A stretch of DNA of 64,000 nt from an uncultured Methanosarcinales archaeon (GTDB taxonomy: Archaea; Nanobdellota; Nanobdellia; Woesearchaeales; GW2011-AR15). The notes beneath the pieces are model-generated. The model made no database searches. It was not told the origin of the DNA and was given only the letters and a program-made list of their open reading frames with translations. The translations under genes and the position numbers were made by a program. The stretch is taken from NCBI GenBank assembly GCA_964512765.1, contig CAZEKF010000001.1:66366-130365 (forward strand), written 5' to 3'. This document shows positions 20,528-30,499 of this stretch, piece after piece. How positions within the stretch are numbered: position 1 is the stretch's first letter; the number at the start of each line of letters is the position of its first letter.

Positions 20528-21247
20528 TTACTTTTCTAGTTCTTCGGGTACATTTGGTCCATCTCCAAAATCATGTCCTAAACCATATAGATCATCAGGA
20601 TTAAAATCTACTATCATTTCCAAGACAAGCGCGCTTCCCAAACATCGATATCTCCCTAATCCTTCAATATCAACATAGTCTAAAAGGCGAACCGTGCCAC
20701 CACTGTATTCACATGCTCTGGTGTCTGGAGTAGCAGTACTTAATCCCTCTGATGGAACATAGTCAGGATCTGCACCAAAAGAACCTGTTGTCCATCCACT
20801 TCCACTTGGACAAACCATATGAGTTAAAGTATACACAGGATCTAGTGATGGATATTCTTTGGAAGGACTACCTTGAGTGCAAACTTCTCCTTTAACTTCG
20901 GTTTTTTCTGCAATTCCTTCTTCCCTATCTGAAAAATTTCCTGTTCCTGGATGAAAGTAAGTTTCATCAGAATACAAATCACCCCAAAAAGTACCTGATT
21001 CTGGTTTAAAAGGAGGTGGAGTACTTGTCACAGTACCACCGCTTGTTTTACAAGCAAGAGCTAATGCTAAAATCAAAAAAGAATAAAGTAATACACCTTT
21101 TAATCCACCACTAAAATACATCCCATTATGCCCTAATTTGCTCCTAACTGCTCTTTGAGATTTAAAAATATGAAGTAATTCACCAGAATCAAAATTACCA
21201 AAAGGAGACTGCACATCATTAACTACGTTTTCTAATGCTAATACCAT
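20528..21247 (-). CDS. Hypothetical exported protein with an internal lipobox-like signal
   Basis: Hydrophobic stretch ending LALALAC, followed by a Thr/Pro/Gly-rich segment and four more Cys. Confidence 0.55.
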   Translation of the reverse strand: MVLALENVVNDVQSPFGNFDSGELLHIFKSQRAVRSKLGHNGMYFSGGLKGVLLYSFLILALALACKTSGGTVTSTPPPFKPESGTFWGDLYSDETYFHPGTGNFSDREEGIAEKTEVKGEVCTQGSPSKEYPSLDPVYTLTHMVCPSGSGWTTGSFGADPDYVPSEGLSTATPDTRACEYSGGTVRLLDYVDIEGLGRYRCLGSALVLEMIVDFNPDDLYGLGHDFGDGPNVPEELEK

Positions 21248-21368
21248 TTTTAACCAAATTTACGCTTTTTAAGTTAAAAAACCCTGTTCGCTTTATAAAT
21301 CTTTCGATTATTTAACTACTTTTAAGTAACAATATTGTGAAAATTGTTTTAACGAATATTATTGAGAA

Positions 21369-23078
21369 TTATTTAACTGTGACACTTTTAGCCAAATTTC
21401 TTGGTTTATCAATAGGCAAATCTCTTTTCAGAGCAATATAGTATGTCAACAACTGTCCAACTATTGTCGCTAAAATCCCAAACTTACCGTCGTTAGTTGT
21501 TTTTAATTTAACATCTCCGTCAAACTCGTTTGTTATTTTAATTACATTAGCGCCTCTTGCCTCAACTTCTTTTAAATTAGATAGCATGTCATAATCTTTG
21601 TTACTAATTAAACCAATAACAGGAGTACCTTTTTCTATTAAAGCAATCGTCCCATGTTTTAACTCACCGCCCATCATGCCTTCAGCGTGCATGTATGAAA
21701 TTTCTTTTATTTTTAGAGCCATTTCCCTTGCAACTGGATAGCTTAAACCTCTGCCCAGAACATAAATGTCTTTTTCTTCATAAACAAAATTTGCAATTTC
21801 CTTAATGTTATCTATTTGTTCAAAAACTTCACTTATCCTTTCTGGTAAATTATCGAGATTAATGTCAAAACCAAACTCTTTGGCAACTGCTAACATTAAC
21901 GTAACTTGATTAACAAAAGATTTTGTAGCAGCAACACAGATTTCTTGGCCAGCTAATATGTTTAATGATATTTCAGACATTCTTTGAACAGTTGAATGAG
22001 GAACATTAACAATAGAGGCAATCTTAGCTTTTCTTTTCTTAGCATATTTCAAAGCTTCAATAATATCCATAGTTTCCCCAGATTGAGATATAGGAATAAC
22101 TAAAGTATTTGAATCAACAGTAATGAAATGTTCAAATTCAGAAGCAATTATTGCTTGCGCATCTACACCGGCTTTATGTAAATAATATACGCCTAGAAGA
22201 GCAGCATGATATGAAGTACCACATGCAACAAACACTACTCGTTTACTATCTTTAATTAATTTAACAAACCTGTTAAACTTATCTTTTTGTTCTGTCTTTA
22301 ATGAAGATAGTAATCTCTTGACAACATAAGGCTCTTCCATGATTTCTTTTATCATATAATGTTTATAGTTATCTAGTGTAGATTCTTCCTGTTCCCATTC
22401 AACTTCCTGTATTTTTTTATTGACAGGATTGCCGTCTTTATCATAGAATTTGTAACTATCTGCTGAGACAATGGCAAATTCATCATTTTCAAAAAACACA
22501 GCCAGACTTGAGACATCAGAGAAAGCATAAATGTCAGAGGCAAGATAGTATTCATTTTCACCAATGCCTAGAACTAATGGACTGTCACGTTTTAATGCGT
22601 AGATATTGTCATCACCATCTATCATGACTAAGAGAGCGAACTCTCCTTTTATGTGTTTTACAAAATCAACACACACGTCTTTCATGGGTTTTGTCTTCAA
22701 TCTTTCTTCAAAATAGTGAGCTGCAACTTCACTGTCTGTCTCACTAATAAATCTATGACCTCTTTTAATCAATTCTTCTTTTATTGCTTCATAATTTTCA
22801 ATTATGCCATTGTGAACTATTGTTACTTTTCCTGATTTATGAGGATGCGCATTTGCATCTGTTACACCACCGTGTGTCGCCCATCGTGTGTGTGAAATAA
22901 TCTTTTTAGTTTTGTCTTCGCTATCTGGAACAGTAATATGGCCTGTTTTTTTGAACAATTTACTATCATAATAATAACCAAAAGAATCATAACCACGGTA
23001 GTCTAACTTTTTTAATCTTTTAACAGCATCCTTTACATAAAATTCATTTACTGAATTAATTCCAACAATACCGCACAT
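21369..23078 (-). CDS. glmS: Glutamine--fructose-6-phosphate aminotransferase
   Basis: N-terminal MCGIVG, YRGYDS, HTRWATHG, HNGIIEN, SQSGET, ELKHG, C-terminal PRNLAKSVTVK. Confidence 0.97.
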   Translation of the reverse strand: MCGIVGINSVNEFYVKDAVKRLKKLDYRGYDSFGYYYDSKLFKKTGHITVPDSEDKTKKIISHTRWATHGGVTDANAHPHKSGKVTIVHNGIIENYEAIKEELIKRGHRFISETDSEVAAHYFEERLKTKPMKDVCVDFVKHIKGEFALLVMIDGDDNIYALKRDSPLVLGIGENEYYLASDIYAFSDVSSLAVFFENDEFAIVSADSYKFYDKDGNPVNKKIQEVEWEQEESTLDNYKHYMIKEIMEEPYVVKRLLSSLKTEQKDKFNRFVKLIKDSKRVVFVACGTSYHAALLGVYYLHKAGVDAQAIIASEFEHFITVDSNTLVIPISQSGETMDIIEALKYAKKRKAKIASIVNVPHSTVQRMSEISLNILAGQEICVAATKSFVNQVTLMLAVAKEFGFDINLDNLPERISEVFEQIDNIKEIANFVYEEKDIYVLGRGLSYPVAREMALKIKEISYMHAEGMMGGELKHGTIALIEKGTPVIGLISNKDYDMLSNLKEVEARGANVIKITNEFDGDVKLKTTNDGKFGILATIVGQLLTYYIALKRDLPIDKPRNLAKSVTVK

Positions 23079-23962
23079 CAATTTTCACCTTTTAGACTTT
23101 GATCAAATTTTTTAAAATTTAAATTTATGATTATAATTGATGACAAAATAAAAAATGCACCAATCAGTTCATAAAATGAAAACATTTCATTGTAAACAAC
23201 ATAACTAATGATTATTCCGAAAAATGCTTGGGAGACTCCAAGAATGCCTGCTATGTTAGCTAACACGTTTTTCAATCCAAGATTCATTAATGTATATCCG
23301 ATAATATTTAATATTGCCATTAATACAATATAGAACCCAGTCATGAAACTGAATGAAATATTAACCGGAGTTTCAAAGATAAGTACGAATGGGAGTAAAA
23401 AAAAACCAGCAAAAAAAGTTGTGTAAAACAATCTAGTTCTTATGTCAATGTTTCTCATACTTCTTATGATAACAATATAAGGTGCATAAATAACCGCAGA
23501 AATTAGTGCATAAACAATGCCTATGTCAAGATTTGAAAAATCTGGTCTGAATACAATTAAGATACCTATTACAGAGGTAATAATTGCAAGGATTGCACTT
23601 AATTTTATTTTTTCTTTTAATAGTTTCCAGCTTATCAATAACGTGAAAATCGGAGAGAGCTGTAAAAACGTGGACGCATTCCCATAATTTGTGTTTAAGA
23701 ACGCAAGAACAACAAATACCACCATTAACCCGTAACCGAAAAAACCTGCAACAAAAAGTTTAAATAGATTTTTTGAAGATACTTTTAAGAATTTTTTATC
23801 TTTAATTGAGAAAAATATAAGATAAAATAACGTCGCGATAATTAATCTATATGAAACTTGTGTTATGGGCATTAACTCTTTATTTAACTCTCGTGTAAAA
23901 ATTCCTAATGTTGAAAAAATCAAGTTTGCAAGTATTAAATAAAATTCTCCTTTAATATTCAT
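23078..23962 (-). CDS. EamA/DMT family transporter (10 TM)
   Basis: Two EamA repeats (SPIFTLLISWKLLKEK; SYVVYNEMFS); translationally coupled inside the glm operon. Confidence 0.85.
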   Translation of the reverse strand: MNIKGEFYLILANLIFSTLGIFTRELNKELMPITQVSYRLIIATLFYLIFFSIKDKKFLKVSSKNLFKLFVAGFFGYGLMVVFVVLAFLNTNYGNASTFLQLSPIFTLLISWKLLKEKIKLSAILAIITSVIGILIVFRPDFSNLDIGIVYALISAVIYAPYIVIIRSMRNIDIRTRLFYTTFFAGFFLLPFVLIFETPVNISFSFMTGFYIVLMAILNIIGYTLMNLGLKNVLANIAGILGVSQAFFGIIISYVVYNEMFSFYELIGAFFILSSIIIINLNFKKFDQSLKGEN

Positions 23963-25134
23963 TTTATATCTTTCTTAACTATCTCACCTGGCAAAGTTGT
24001 TTTATTTGGCCAAATCTTTCTTCCTGGGTAAATACTTGTGTAAATACCTAATTTTACATTATCACCAATAATAGTGCCAAGCTTTCTTCTACCTGTGCAA
24101 ACTAAGTTATCTTTTACAGGTGTTTTAATATTTTCATTATCATGTCTTAGATTAGCTGTAATAACTCCTGCTGCAACATTAACGTTATCACCAATAACAG
24201 AATCTCCAACATAAGCTAAATGTGCAATACAAGTATTATCTCCAATTATTGAATTTTTAATATCAACTGCGTTTCCAACTTTAGAATTATTTCCAATAGC
24301 GGTTCCTGCTCTAATATAGCAATTGGGCCCAATCACACAGTTTTTTCCAATAACAACAGGGCCTTCAATATAAGATCCTGCTTTAACAATGGTTCCTTTT
24401 CCAATAACAACTTCTCCTTTAATTGTTGTGCCTTTTTCAACATCTCCTTTGATCTCTTTTTTAATCTTTTTTAAGAAAAATTCATTTATTTCCAATAAAT
24501 TCCAAGGGTATGATGTTGCTAACCAATAATCTTCAACAATTTCATTATGAACTTTTTTATTATCTTTAACAAGGTGTTTGATATAATCAACAATTTCATA
24601 TTCTCCTCTTTTTGATTTTTTAAGTTCATAATTGAAAATATCTGTTTTAAACACATACAATCCTGTGTTTGCTATTCCTTTGGTTTTGTCAGGCTTTTCT
24701 TTTATCTCTTTAACACAACCCTTCTCTAGGACAAGTTCACCGAATCTGTGTAAATCATTAACTTCTTTACCTAAAACACAATAATCATGCTTAACACATT
24801 TTTCAATATCTTTTCTTGAGAATAAATCATCACCGTTCATCACAATAAAATTATCTTTTAGCAAACTTTTTGCTTTGATAACTGCCATACCTGTGCCACT
24901 TGCATATTTTTGTTCAACGTACTTTAGTTTAATATTTTCATAACTATCACCAAAATATTCTTTGATCATGTTATTTCCAACAATAATAATAACTTCATCA
25001 ACTAATCCATGTAACTGATCAAGGTTATGTTCAATTATTGTTTTATTAGCTACTTTAAGAAGACCTTTAGGCTTTACTAAAGTTAAAGGATATGTTCTTG
25101 TGCCTTTTCCTGCACCTAAAATAACTGCTTGCAT
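23959..25134 (-). CDS. glmU: Archaeal bifunctional sugar-1-phosphate nucleotidyltransferase/acetyltransferase
   Basis: AVILGAGKGTRTYPLT, PK, SKRGEYEI, hexapeptide repeats, ANLRHD, TGRRKLG. Confidence 0.9.
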   Translation of the reverse strand: MQAVILGAGKGTRTYPLTLVKPKGLLKVANKTIIEHNLDQLHGLVDEVIIIVGNNMIKEYFGDSYENIKLKYVEQKYASGTGMAVIKAKSLLKDNFIVMNGDDLFSRKDIEKCVKHDYCVLGKEVNDLHRFGELVLEKGCVKEIKEKPDKTKGIANTGLYVFKTDIFNYELKKSKRGEYEIVDYIKHLVKDNKKVHNEIVEDYWLATSYPWNLLEINEFFLKKIKKEIKGDVEKGTTIKGEVVIGKGTIVKAGSYIEGPVVIGKNCVIGPNCYIRAGTAIGNNSKVGNAVDIKNSIIGDNTCIAHLAYVGDSVIGDNVNVAAGVITANLRHDNENIKTPVKDNLVCTGRRKLGTIIGDNVKLGIYTSIYPGRKIWPNKTTLPGEIVKKDIK

Positions 25135-25137
25135 TTT

Positions 25138-26481
25138 CTAACCAACCTCATTTTTTATTTCATCAGCGATTTTGTTAGCTAATTTTGTTATAAAATCTTT
25201 ATCAGGCCCTTCAATCATAACTCTGGCTTTCATTTCTGTGCCTGAATACCTTACTAAGTGTCTTCCTTTATCTCCAAGAACAGTTTTAGCATTTTTAATT
25301 TCTTCTTGAACCTTTGTCATGTTTTCAATAGATTTTTTTTCTTTTACCTGAACATTTACTGTGACTTGAGGATATTTTTCAAGTACAGATGCTAACTCAG
25401 ACAATTTCTTTTTAGTTTGTTTCATTATTTTTAATATTTGTAAACCTGCAATCATACCGTCTCCTGTTGAATTATAATCTGAAAAAATAATGTGGCCAGA
25501 AAATTCACCGCCCAGATTAAAACCAGAGTTGTTCATTTCTTCAATAACATACCTGTCACCGTTTTGTACTCTTATAACTTTGCCGTTATGTTTTTTTATT
25601 ACTTCATCAAATGCAAGGTTAGTATAATGTGTCACAACGACAGTATCTTTGCTAAGTTTGTTCTTTTTCAACAAGTCAAGAGCAGCGATTGCTATAATAT
25701 GATCGCCATCAAGAACATTTCCATTATCATCTACCATAATAATTCTGTCAGCGTCACCATCTAATGTGATACCAACATCAGCTTTTTGTTTTAATACTAC
25801 TGCTTTTGTTATTTCAGGATGCAATGCACCGCTGTCTTTGTTAATGTTATTTCCATCTGGAGAATTATTAATTACCATAACTTCAGCACCTAATTCTTTA
25901 AGTATCAAAGGAGCAACTTTGTAAGCTGCACCGTTTGCGCAATCTAATACAATTTTTAGGTTGGTTAGTGGTAAATTGTTTATTGAATTCTTAACAAATT
26001 CGATATATCTTGCTTGCGCATCTTGGATCCTGTATGCTTTACCTATTTCTTTTGAAGTAATATGATCAGTTTTCATTTCTTTGTTCAAAACATGATCTTC
26101 TATTTGCTCTTCAATCTTATCAGGTAATTTATGACCTTTTGAATCAAAAAACTTAATGCCATTATCTGTTGCAGGGTTATGGCTTGCACTTATCATGATG
26201 CCAGCATCTGCAGCAAACGACCTAGTAAGATGTGCAACAGCAGGTGTTGGTACTGGGCCAACTAACAATACATCTGCACCCATTGAAGTTAAACCTGCAG
26301 TAAGAGCATTTTCTAGCATATATCCAGATAATCTAGTATCTTTTCCAATTAGAAAAACTGGTTTTTTCTTACCTTTTGTTAATACAAGAGCAGCAGCTTT
26401 ACCAAGTTTTAAAGCTATGTTTGCTGTTATTGGATATGTGTTTGCTTTTCCTCTTACACCGTCTGTACCGAATAATTTCAT
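25138..26481 (-). CDS. glmM: Phosphoglucosamine mutase
   Basis: LFGTDGVRG, GKDTRLSGYM, MISASHNP, DGDADR, GGEFSGH, VRYSGTE. Confidence 0.95.
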   Translation of the reverse strand: MKLFGTDGVRGKANTYPITANIALKLGKAAALVLTKGKKKPVFLIGKDTRLSGYMLENALTAGLTSMGADVLLVGPVPTPAVAHLTRSFAADAGIMISASHNPATDNGIKFFDSKGHKLPDKIEEQIEDHVLNKEMKTDHITSKEIGKAYRIQDAQARYIEFVKNSINNLPLTNLKIVLDCANGAAYKVAPLILKELGAEVMVINNSPDGNNINKDSGALHPEITKAVVLKQKADVGITLDGDADRIIMVDDNGNVLDGDHIIAIAALDLLKKNKLSKDTVVVTHYTNLAFDEVIKKHNGKVIRVQNGDRYVIEEMNNSGFNLGGEFSGHIIFSDYNSTGDGMIAGLQILKIMKQTKKKLSELASVLEKYPQVTVNVQVKEKKSIENMTKVQEEIKNAKTVLGDKGRHLVRYSGTEMKARVMIEGPDKDFITKLANKIADEIKNEVG

Positions 26482-26649
26482 GTATTTGATGAATATAGCT
26501 TGGTTTATATACTTAATTCATAATTATTTTATAATAATCTTGCGGATTAATAGATGAAATAATTAAGTTGTCGTCTATAAATGTTATTTTTGATATTTTA
26601 ATTATATTATGGAAAATTATATAAATATTATAAAATTTCTTATAATAAA

Positions 26650-27381
26650 ATGCCAATAGTAAATGTAAATAAAGTTAGATTAAACTACAAAGTCTTGGGC
26701 AAAGGCCCAGAGCTTGTGTTCTTGCATGGTGGTTGTCTTGATACTAGAGCTTATTCAAAATTACTAAACATATTATCAAAATCATTCAAGGTTTATGGGG
26801 TTGATCTACCACATCATGGCAAATCAAGTAAATTGCAAAATTACTCTATTAAAGCAGTGGCTTCCTTAATCCAAGGTTTCACTAAAAAACTGAAAATAAA
26901 AAACCCTTATGTGTTTGGTCAGTCAGCTGGATCACTTATTGCAATTTATTATGCAGCGCATTCTAAAAACATAAAAAAACTAATTTTGAGTGCACCACCA
27001 GGATTAGAATATTACAAGAATCCAAATATTTTCATAGTAAAATTGTTTTTTGTTCATCCTTTTGTTAGTTTTATAGTTAATCCGATTATATCTTTATTAA
27101 TGGCCTATGTTGTGCTTACAAATATTCTAAGGAATTTATTCAACAAGAATTATTTTTCAGCTATAAAAAAGGAAGTGTCAAGAGAACACACAGCTCTGGA
27201 AAATATTAGAACAAAAACTTTAATACTATGGCCGAAACATGATATTTTTTTCCCTGTAAAGCTTTCAAAAAATTTTTCACAGAAAATTCCTAATTCAGAA
27301 TTAATTATAGTAAATGGAACTCATGAATGGCTTACATTAAGACCTAAAAAAATATTAAATTATATCGAGGATATAAAATGA
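26650..27381 (+). CDS. Alpha/beta hydrolase
   Basis: LVFLHG, DLPHHGKS, nucleophile elbow GQSAG, C-terminal GTHE. Confidence 0.85.
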   Translation: MPIVNVNKVRLNYKVLGKGPELVFLHGGCLDTRAYSKLLNILSKSFKVYGVDLPHHGKSSKLQNYSIKAVASLIQGFTKKLKIKNPYVFGQSAGSLIAIYYAAHSKNIKKLILSAPPGLEYYKNPNIFIVKLFFVHPFVSFIVNPIISLLMAYVVLTNILRNLFNKNYFSAIKKEVSREHTALENIRTKTLILWPKHDIFFPVKLSKNFSQKIPNSELIIVNGTHEWLTLRPKKILNYIEDIK

Positions 27382-28304
27382 AATCATATATTGTAAAGGA
27401 AAAAGATAACAAATTACTGTATAGTGAAGCGTTTATTGTTGATAATCCAAGCGCATTGAAAATAATAGATCATCCAATTAGGCTCCAGATTCTAGAAGTA
27501 CTGGCAAAAACACCAATGTATCCAGCAGAGTTAGCTAAAGAGCTTAAAATGCATGAGCAAAAAGTTTACTATCATATTAAACAGATGACTAATTCAGGTA
27601 TTTTAGAAGTTGTTGAAAAACAAGAAATCCGTGGAACAATTGCCAAGAAATTATCACCAAAATTACTTAATTTTGCTTTTACTTTGTCAAAAGATTGGAA
27701 AAGCATTAGCAATTTGCTTAAGAAAAAAGATGAATCTGTTTCAAATTTTTTAAATCCATTAGTTAAAGAAAGCAAACTTAATTCAAGTATTATTGTTGGG
27801 AGTCCAGATCCACACGGACCACATAAAGCAAGAGCCAGAGATGGACATTATGCAATTGATTTAGCGCTATTTTTAGGCAATTTTTCTCAACTGGATAGAG
27901 AATTTTCAACAAAACTTGATGTCGATGTTAATCTTAAAGAAAGCAAGAACTTGATTTTAGTAGGTGGGCCAGTAACTAATTTGTTAGTTGCAAAAATAAA
28001 TGACTTCTTGCCTGTAAAATTTTCAGATGAAAAACCTTGGGGATTAATATCTAAAACAAAAACATATACAGAAGAAAGTGTTGGCATGGTTTGTAAAATA
28101 CCGAACCCGTATAGCCCAGAACACTTCATATTAGTGATTGCAGGCATAAGATTTATTGGTACTAAAGCAGCAGTATTAGCATTCACAAGACACACAAAAC
28201 AAGTTATTAACAGATACACTGGCCAAAAAGAGTTTTATTCAATTGTTCAAGGCTTTGATTTAAGTGGGGATGGGAAGATAGACAATATTGAAGTTTTAGA
28301 ATAA
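27378..28304 (+). CDS. ArsR-type HTH protein fused to a Rossmann-like C-terminal domain
   Basis: HPIRLQILEVL...YPAELAKEL..HEQKVYYHIK; VGSPDPHG, NLILVGGPVTN, GTKAAV. Confidence 0.75.
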   Translation: MKSYIVKEKDNKLLYSEAFIVDNPSALKIIDHPIRLQILEVLAKTPMYPAELAKELKMHEQKVYYHIKQMTNSGILEVVEKQEIRGTIAKKLSPKLLNFAFTLSKDWKSISNLLKKKDESVSNFLNPLVKESKLNSSIIVGSPDPHGPHKARARDGHYAIDLALFLGNFSQLDREFSTKLDVDVNLKESKNLILVGGPVTNLLVAKINDFLPVKFSDEKPWGLISKTKTYTEESVGMVCKIPNPYSPEHFILVIAGIRFIGTKAAVLAFTRHTKQVINRYTGQKEFYSIVQGFDLSGDGKIDNIEVLE

Positions 28305-28337
28305 TTTTTTTAAATCAATTATTTTTCTCAGAATAAA

Positions 28338-28559
28338 ATGCCAAAATACGTTTACAAATGCGAAAAATGTAAGAAAAATACTTGTATAATTTGTTCATAT
28401 TCTAACAAATCTAAACAAGAAATCTCGCTTAAATGTGAACATTGCGGCCATAATAAGTTATACCAATTGTTTGGTGCAAATTTTGTTTCTAAAGAATCTA
28501 ATAGTTCAGGTAATTCTTGCGGTAGTTGTTCAAGTACTTCATGTGGTACTTGTGGCTAA
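28338..28559 (+). CDS. FmdB-family Zn-ribbon protein
   Basis: MPKYVYKCEKC...CEHCG, Cys-rich tail CGSCSSTSCGTC. Confidence 0.85.
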   Translation: MPKYVYKCEKCKKNTCIICSYSNKSKQEISLKCEHCGHNKLYQLFGANFVSKESNSSGNSCGSCSSTSCGTCG

Positions 28560-28987
28560 TCAGTATTAATAACCTCAACATCATGTCTAGCTTCTAAAGC
28601 TTCGATTCTGCACGTGTCAAAGATCTCTGCATCTAAGTTTTCTCTTACTTTTTCTTTAGAATATCCTCGTTTTTCTAACCTTTTTTTTAATTCTTTTAAC
28701 TCGCATTTTGTGATGCAGCATTTATCAACATATTTTTTTGGCAAATAATGTGATAAATGAGAGTCAATAACTAAATTATCTTGTTTTTTTATTATACTTA
28801 TAAGAACTTTGTTTAGTTTTTCTACATCAATTAACTCTGTTTCCTTTTCTTTATCGTATCCTTCGGATAATTTATGCTCTTTTACCAACTGATTTACATC
28901 AACATATTTCAGTTTCTTTTCTTTAGCAAGTTTTTTAGCAAAAACAGTCTTACCTGTGGCTGGTGTTCCAGATACAATTACAATCAT
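28556..28987 (-). CDS. Adenylate kinase 6 / Fap7-like NTPase
   Basis: SGTPATGKT P-loop, IDSHLSH, RLEKRGYSKEKVRENLDAE. Confidence 0.9.
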   Translation of the reverse strand: MIVIVSGTPATGKTVFAKKLAKEKKLKYVDVNQLVKEHKLSEGYDKEKETELIDVEKLNKVLISIIKKQDNLVIDSHLSHYLPKKYVDKCCITKCELKELKKRLEKRGYSKEKVRENLDAEIFDTCRIEALEARHDVEVINTD

Positions 28988-29054
28988 TTTAATCTGAGAA
29001 ATATAAAAAACTATTTAAATGTGATAATAAATTAAATATATCATATTAGGAGGG

Positions 29055-29327
29055 ATGCTCATGTTAAAAATGAAAAGAATTTCAGAATGTTATGATATGA
29101 AAGTTTTCACAGATGAAGGAGATTATTTTGGTGATGTTGAAGAAATGATTGTTACAACTAATAAAATCTTTGGCTGGAGAGTAAAAGCCACAAGAAATTC
29201 TTTCTTAACAACAGTATTAGGAAGTGCAAAAGGCGTTGTTGTGCCTCATCCACTTGTGAAAAGTATAGGAGACATTATGATTATTAACAAGTCTGCTGTG
29301 CCAGCGTATAACCCTGAAGACGATTAG
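29055..29327 (+). CDS. PRC-barrel protein (archaeal CdpB-like)
   Basis: MKVFTDEGDYFGDVEE, VVVPHPLVKSIGDIMII. Confidence 0.85.
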   Translation: MLMLKMKRISECYDMKVFTDEGDYFGDVEEMIVTTNKIFGWRVKATRNSFLTTVLGSAKGVVVPHPLVKSIGDIMIINKSAVPAYNPEDD

Positions 29328-29354
29328 AATTATTTTTTTTCTTAAATTAATGTA

Positions 29355-29483
29355 AGAACTTAGCTTTAGCCTTTCTTAGCTGAAGACTGAGGTAACAAAT
29401 ATTTGTTGGACACAGTCCTTTGGATATAAGTGAGCCCCTTTGTCTCCAGGTGCTAAAGGCCAAGCTTAGATGAAGCTAATTCT
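29355..29483 (+). ncRNA. Candidate structured RNA of unknown family
   Basis: Intergenic and relatively GC-rich; nested stems GCCTT/AAGGC, TAGC/GCTA, GACTG/CAGTC, AACAA/TTGTT, TGGA/TCCA form a multi-helix junction. Confidence 0.4.
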
Positions 29484-29521
29484 GTAAATTTATAAATCTT
29501 ATTGTTCTTCTATTCTGATAA

Positions 29522-30223
29522 ATGGTTAAAAAAAGCCCTCAGAAATTCAAGATTTATAAGAATGTATTTGACGAGTTTACTTTGAAAACCCTTTTTAAAC
29601 TAAGTTCACAAGGACATTTTGATGATCTACTTAGTCCTGTCATGATTGGCAAAGAATCTAATATATTTTTAGCAGATACAAAGGATAAAGAGTATGTTAT
29701 TGTTAAGATATACAGGTTACACTCATGTAACTTTAACAAGATGTATTCTTATATACAGTCAGACCCAAGATTTGTAAAACTAAGAAATCAAAGAAGATTG
29801 GTAATCTTTAATTGGGTGCAGCGTGAGTATAGAAACTTAATGATTGCTCGGGAAAAAATTCTTGTGCCAAAACCAATTGCTTTCCTAAAAAATGTGCTTG
29901 TCATGGAATTAATAGGAGGAGATAAACCTGCTCTACAATTAAAGGATAAGATTCCAAAGGATTTGAAAAGATTTGCTGATGATATCTTAACCTCTGTTAA
30001 GGATCTGTATGAATTAGGCATTGTTCACGCAGATTTATCAGAATTCAATATTCTTAATCATAATGACAAGCCTTACTTTATTGATTTTTCACAAGCAACA
30101 AGTGTTAAGGACCAGAATGCAAAGGAATATTTTGATAGAGATTTGAAAAACATTGTTAGGTTTTTTAAAAAACACGATCTTAAATTAGATTTTGATAAGA
30201 TAAAAAAAGAAATAATTAAATAA
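29522..30223 (+). CDS. rio1: RIO1-family serine kinase/ATPase
   Basis: VFDEFT, GKESNIF, VKIYR, WVQREYRNL, VLVMELIG, VHADLSEFNIL, IDFSQA. Confidence 0.93.
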   Translation: MVKKSPQKFKIYKNVFDEFTLKTLFKLSSQGHFDDLLSPVMIGKESNIFLADTKDKEYVIVKIYRLHSCNFNKMYSYIQSDPRFVKLRNQRRLVIFNWVQREYRNLMIAREKILVPKPIAFLKNVLVMELIGGDKPALQLKDKIPKDLKRFADDILTSVKDLYELGIVHADLSEFNILNHNDKPYFIDFSQATSVKDQNAKEYFDRDLKNIVRFFKKHDLKLDFDKIKKEIIK

Positions 30224-30259
30224 AGAGAGGTTTTAATCCAAATATAAGGTGATTTAATC

Positions 30260-30499
30260 ATGGCTGAAGAAGATGTTTCAAAAGACGAACAAGTAGGTTT
30301 TCATAAAGGTGCATTATCAACATTAGCTAAGGAAAGACAAGAACTAATGAAATTAGTTGGTATTGTTGAACAATTAATGCAAATGCATGTCAAAGCTCTT
30401 AAAGAGTTAGGCGTTGATTTACAAGAAATGGCTGACAAAGCTGCAAAAGATCAAAAAAAACCAATCGAAGATTTAGTTGATAAAGAATCAAGAAAATAA
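30260..30499 (+). CDS. Small hypothetical coiled-coil protein
   Basis: GGTGA SD; QVGFHKGALSTLAKERQEL. Confidence 0.65.
   Translation: MAEEDVSKDEQVGFHKGALSTLAKERQELMKLVGIVEQLMQMHVKALKELGVDLQEMADKAAKDQKKPIEDLVDKESRK

Noticed and set aside
26482..26649. Long AT-rich intergenic region upstream of the glm operon as a glmS ribozyme or riboswitch
   Set aside because: Almost pure A/T with no conserved core or stable stems; consistent with divergent promoters.
29380..29420. CTGAAGA as a hammerhead ribozyme core (CUGANGA)
   Set aside because: The following stem is not followed by the required GAAA.
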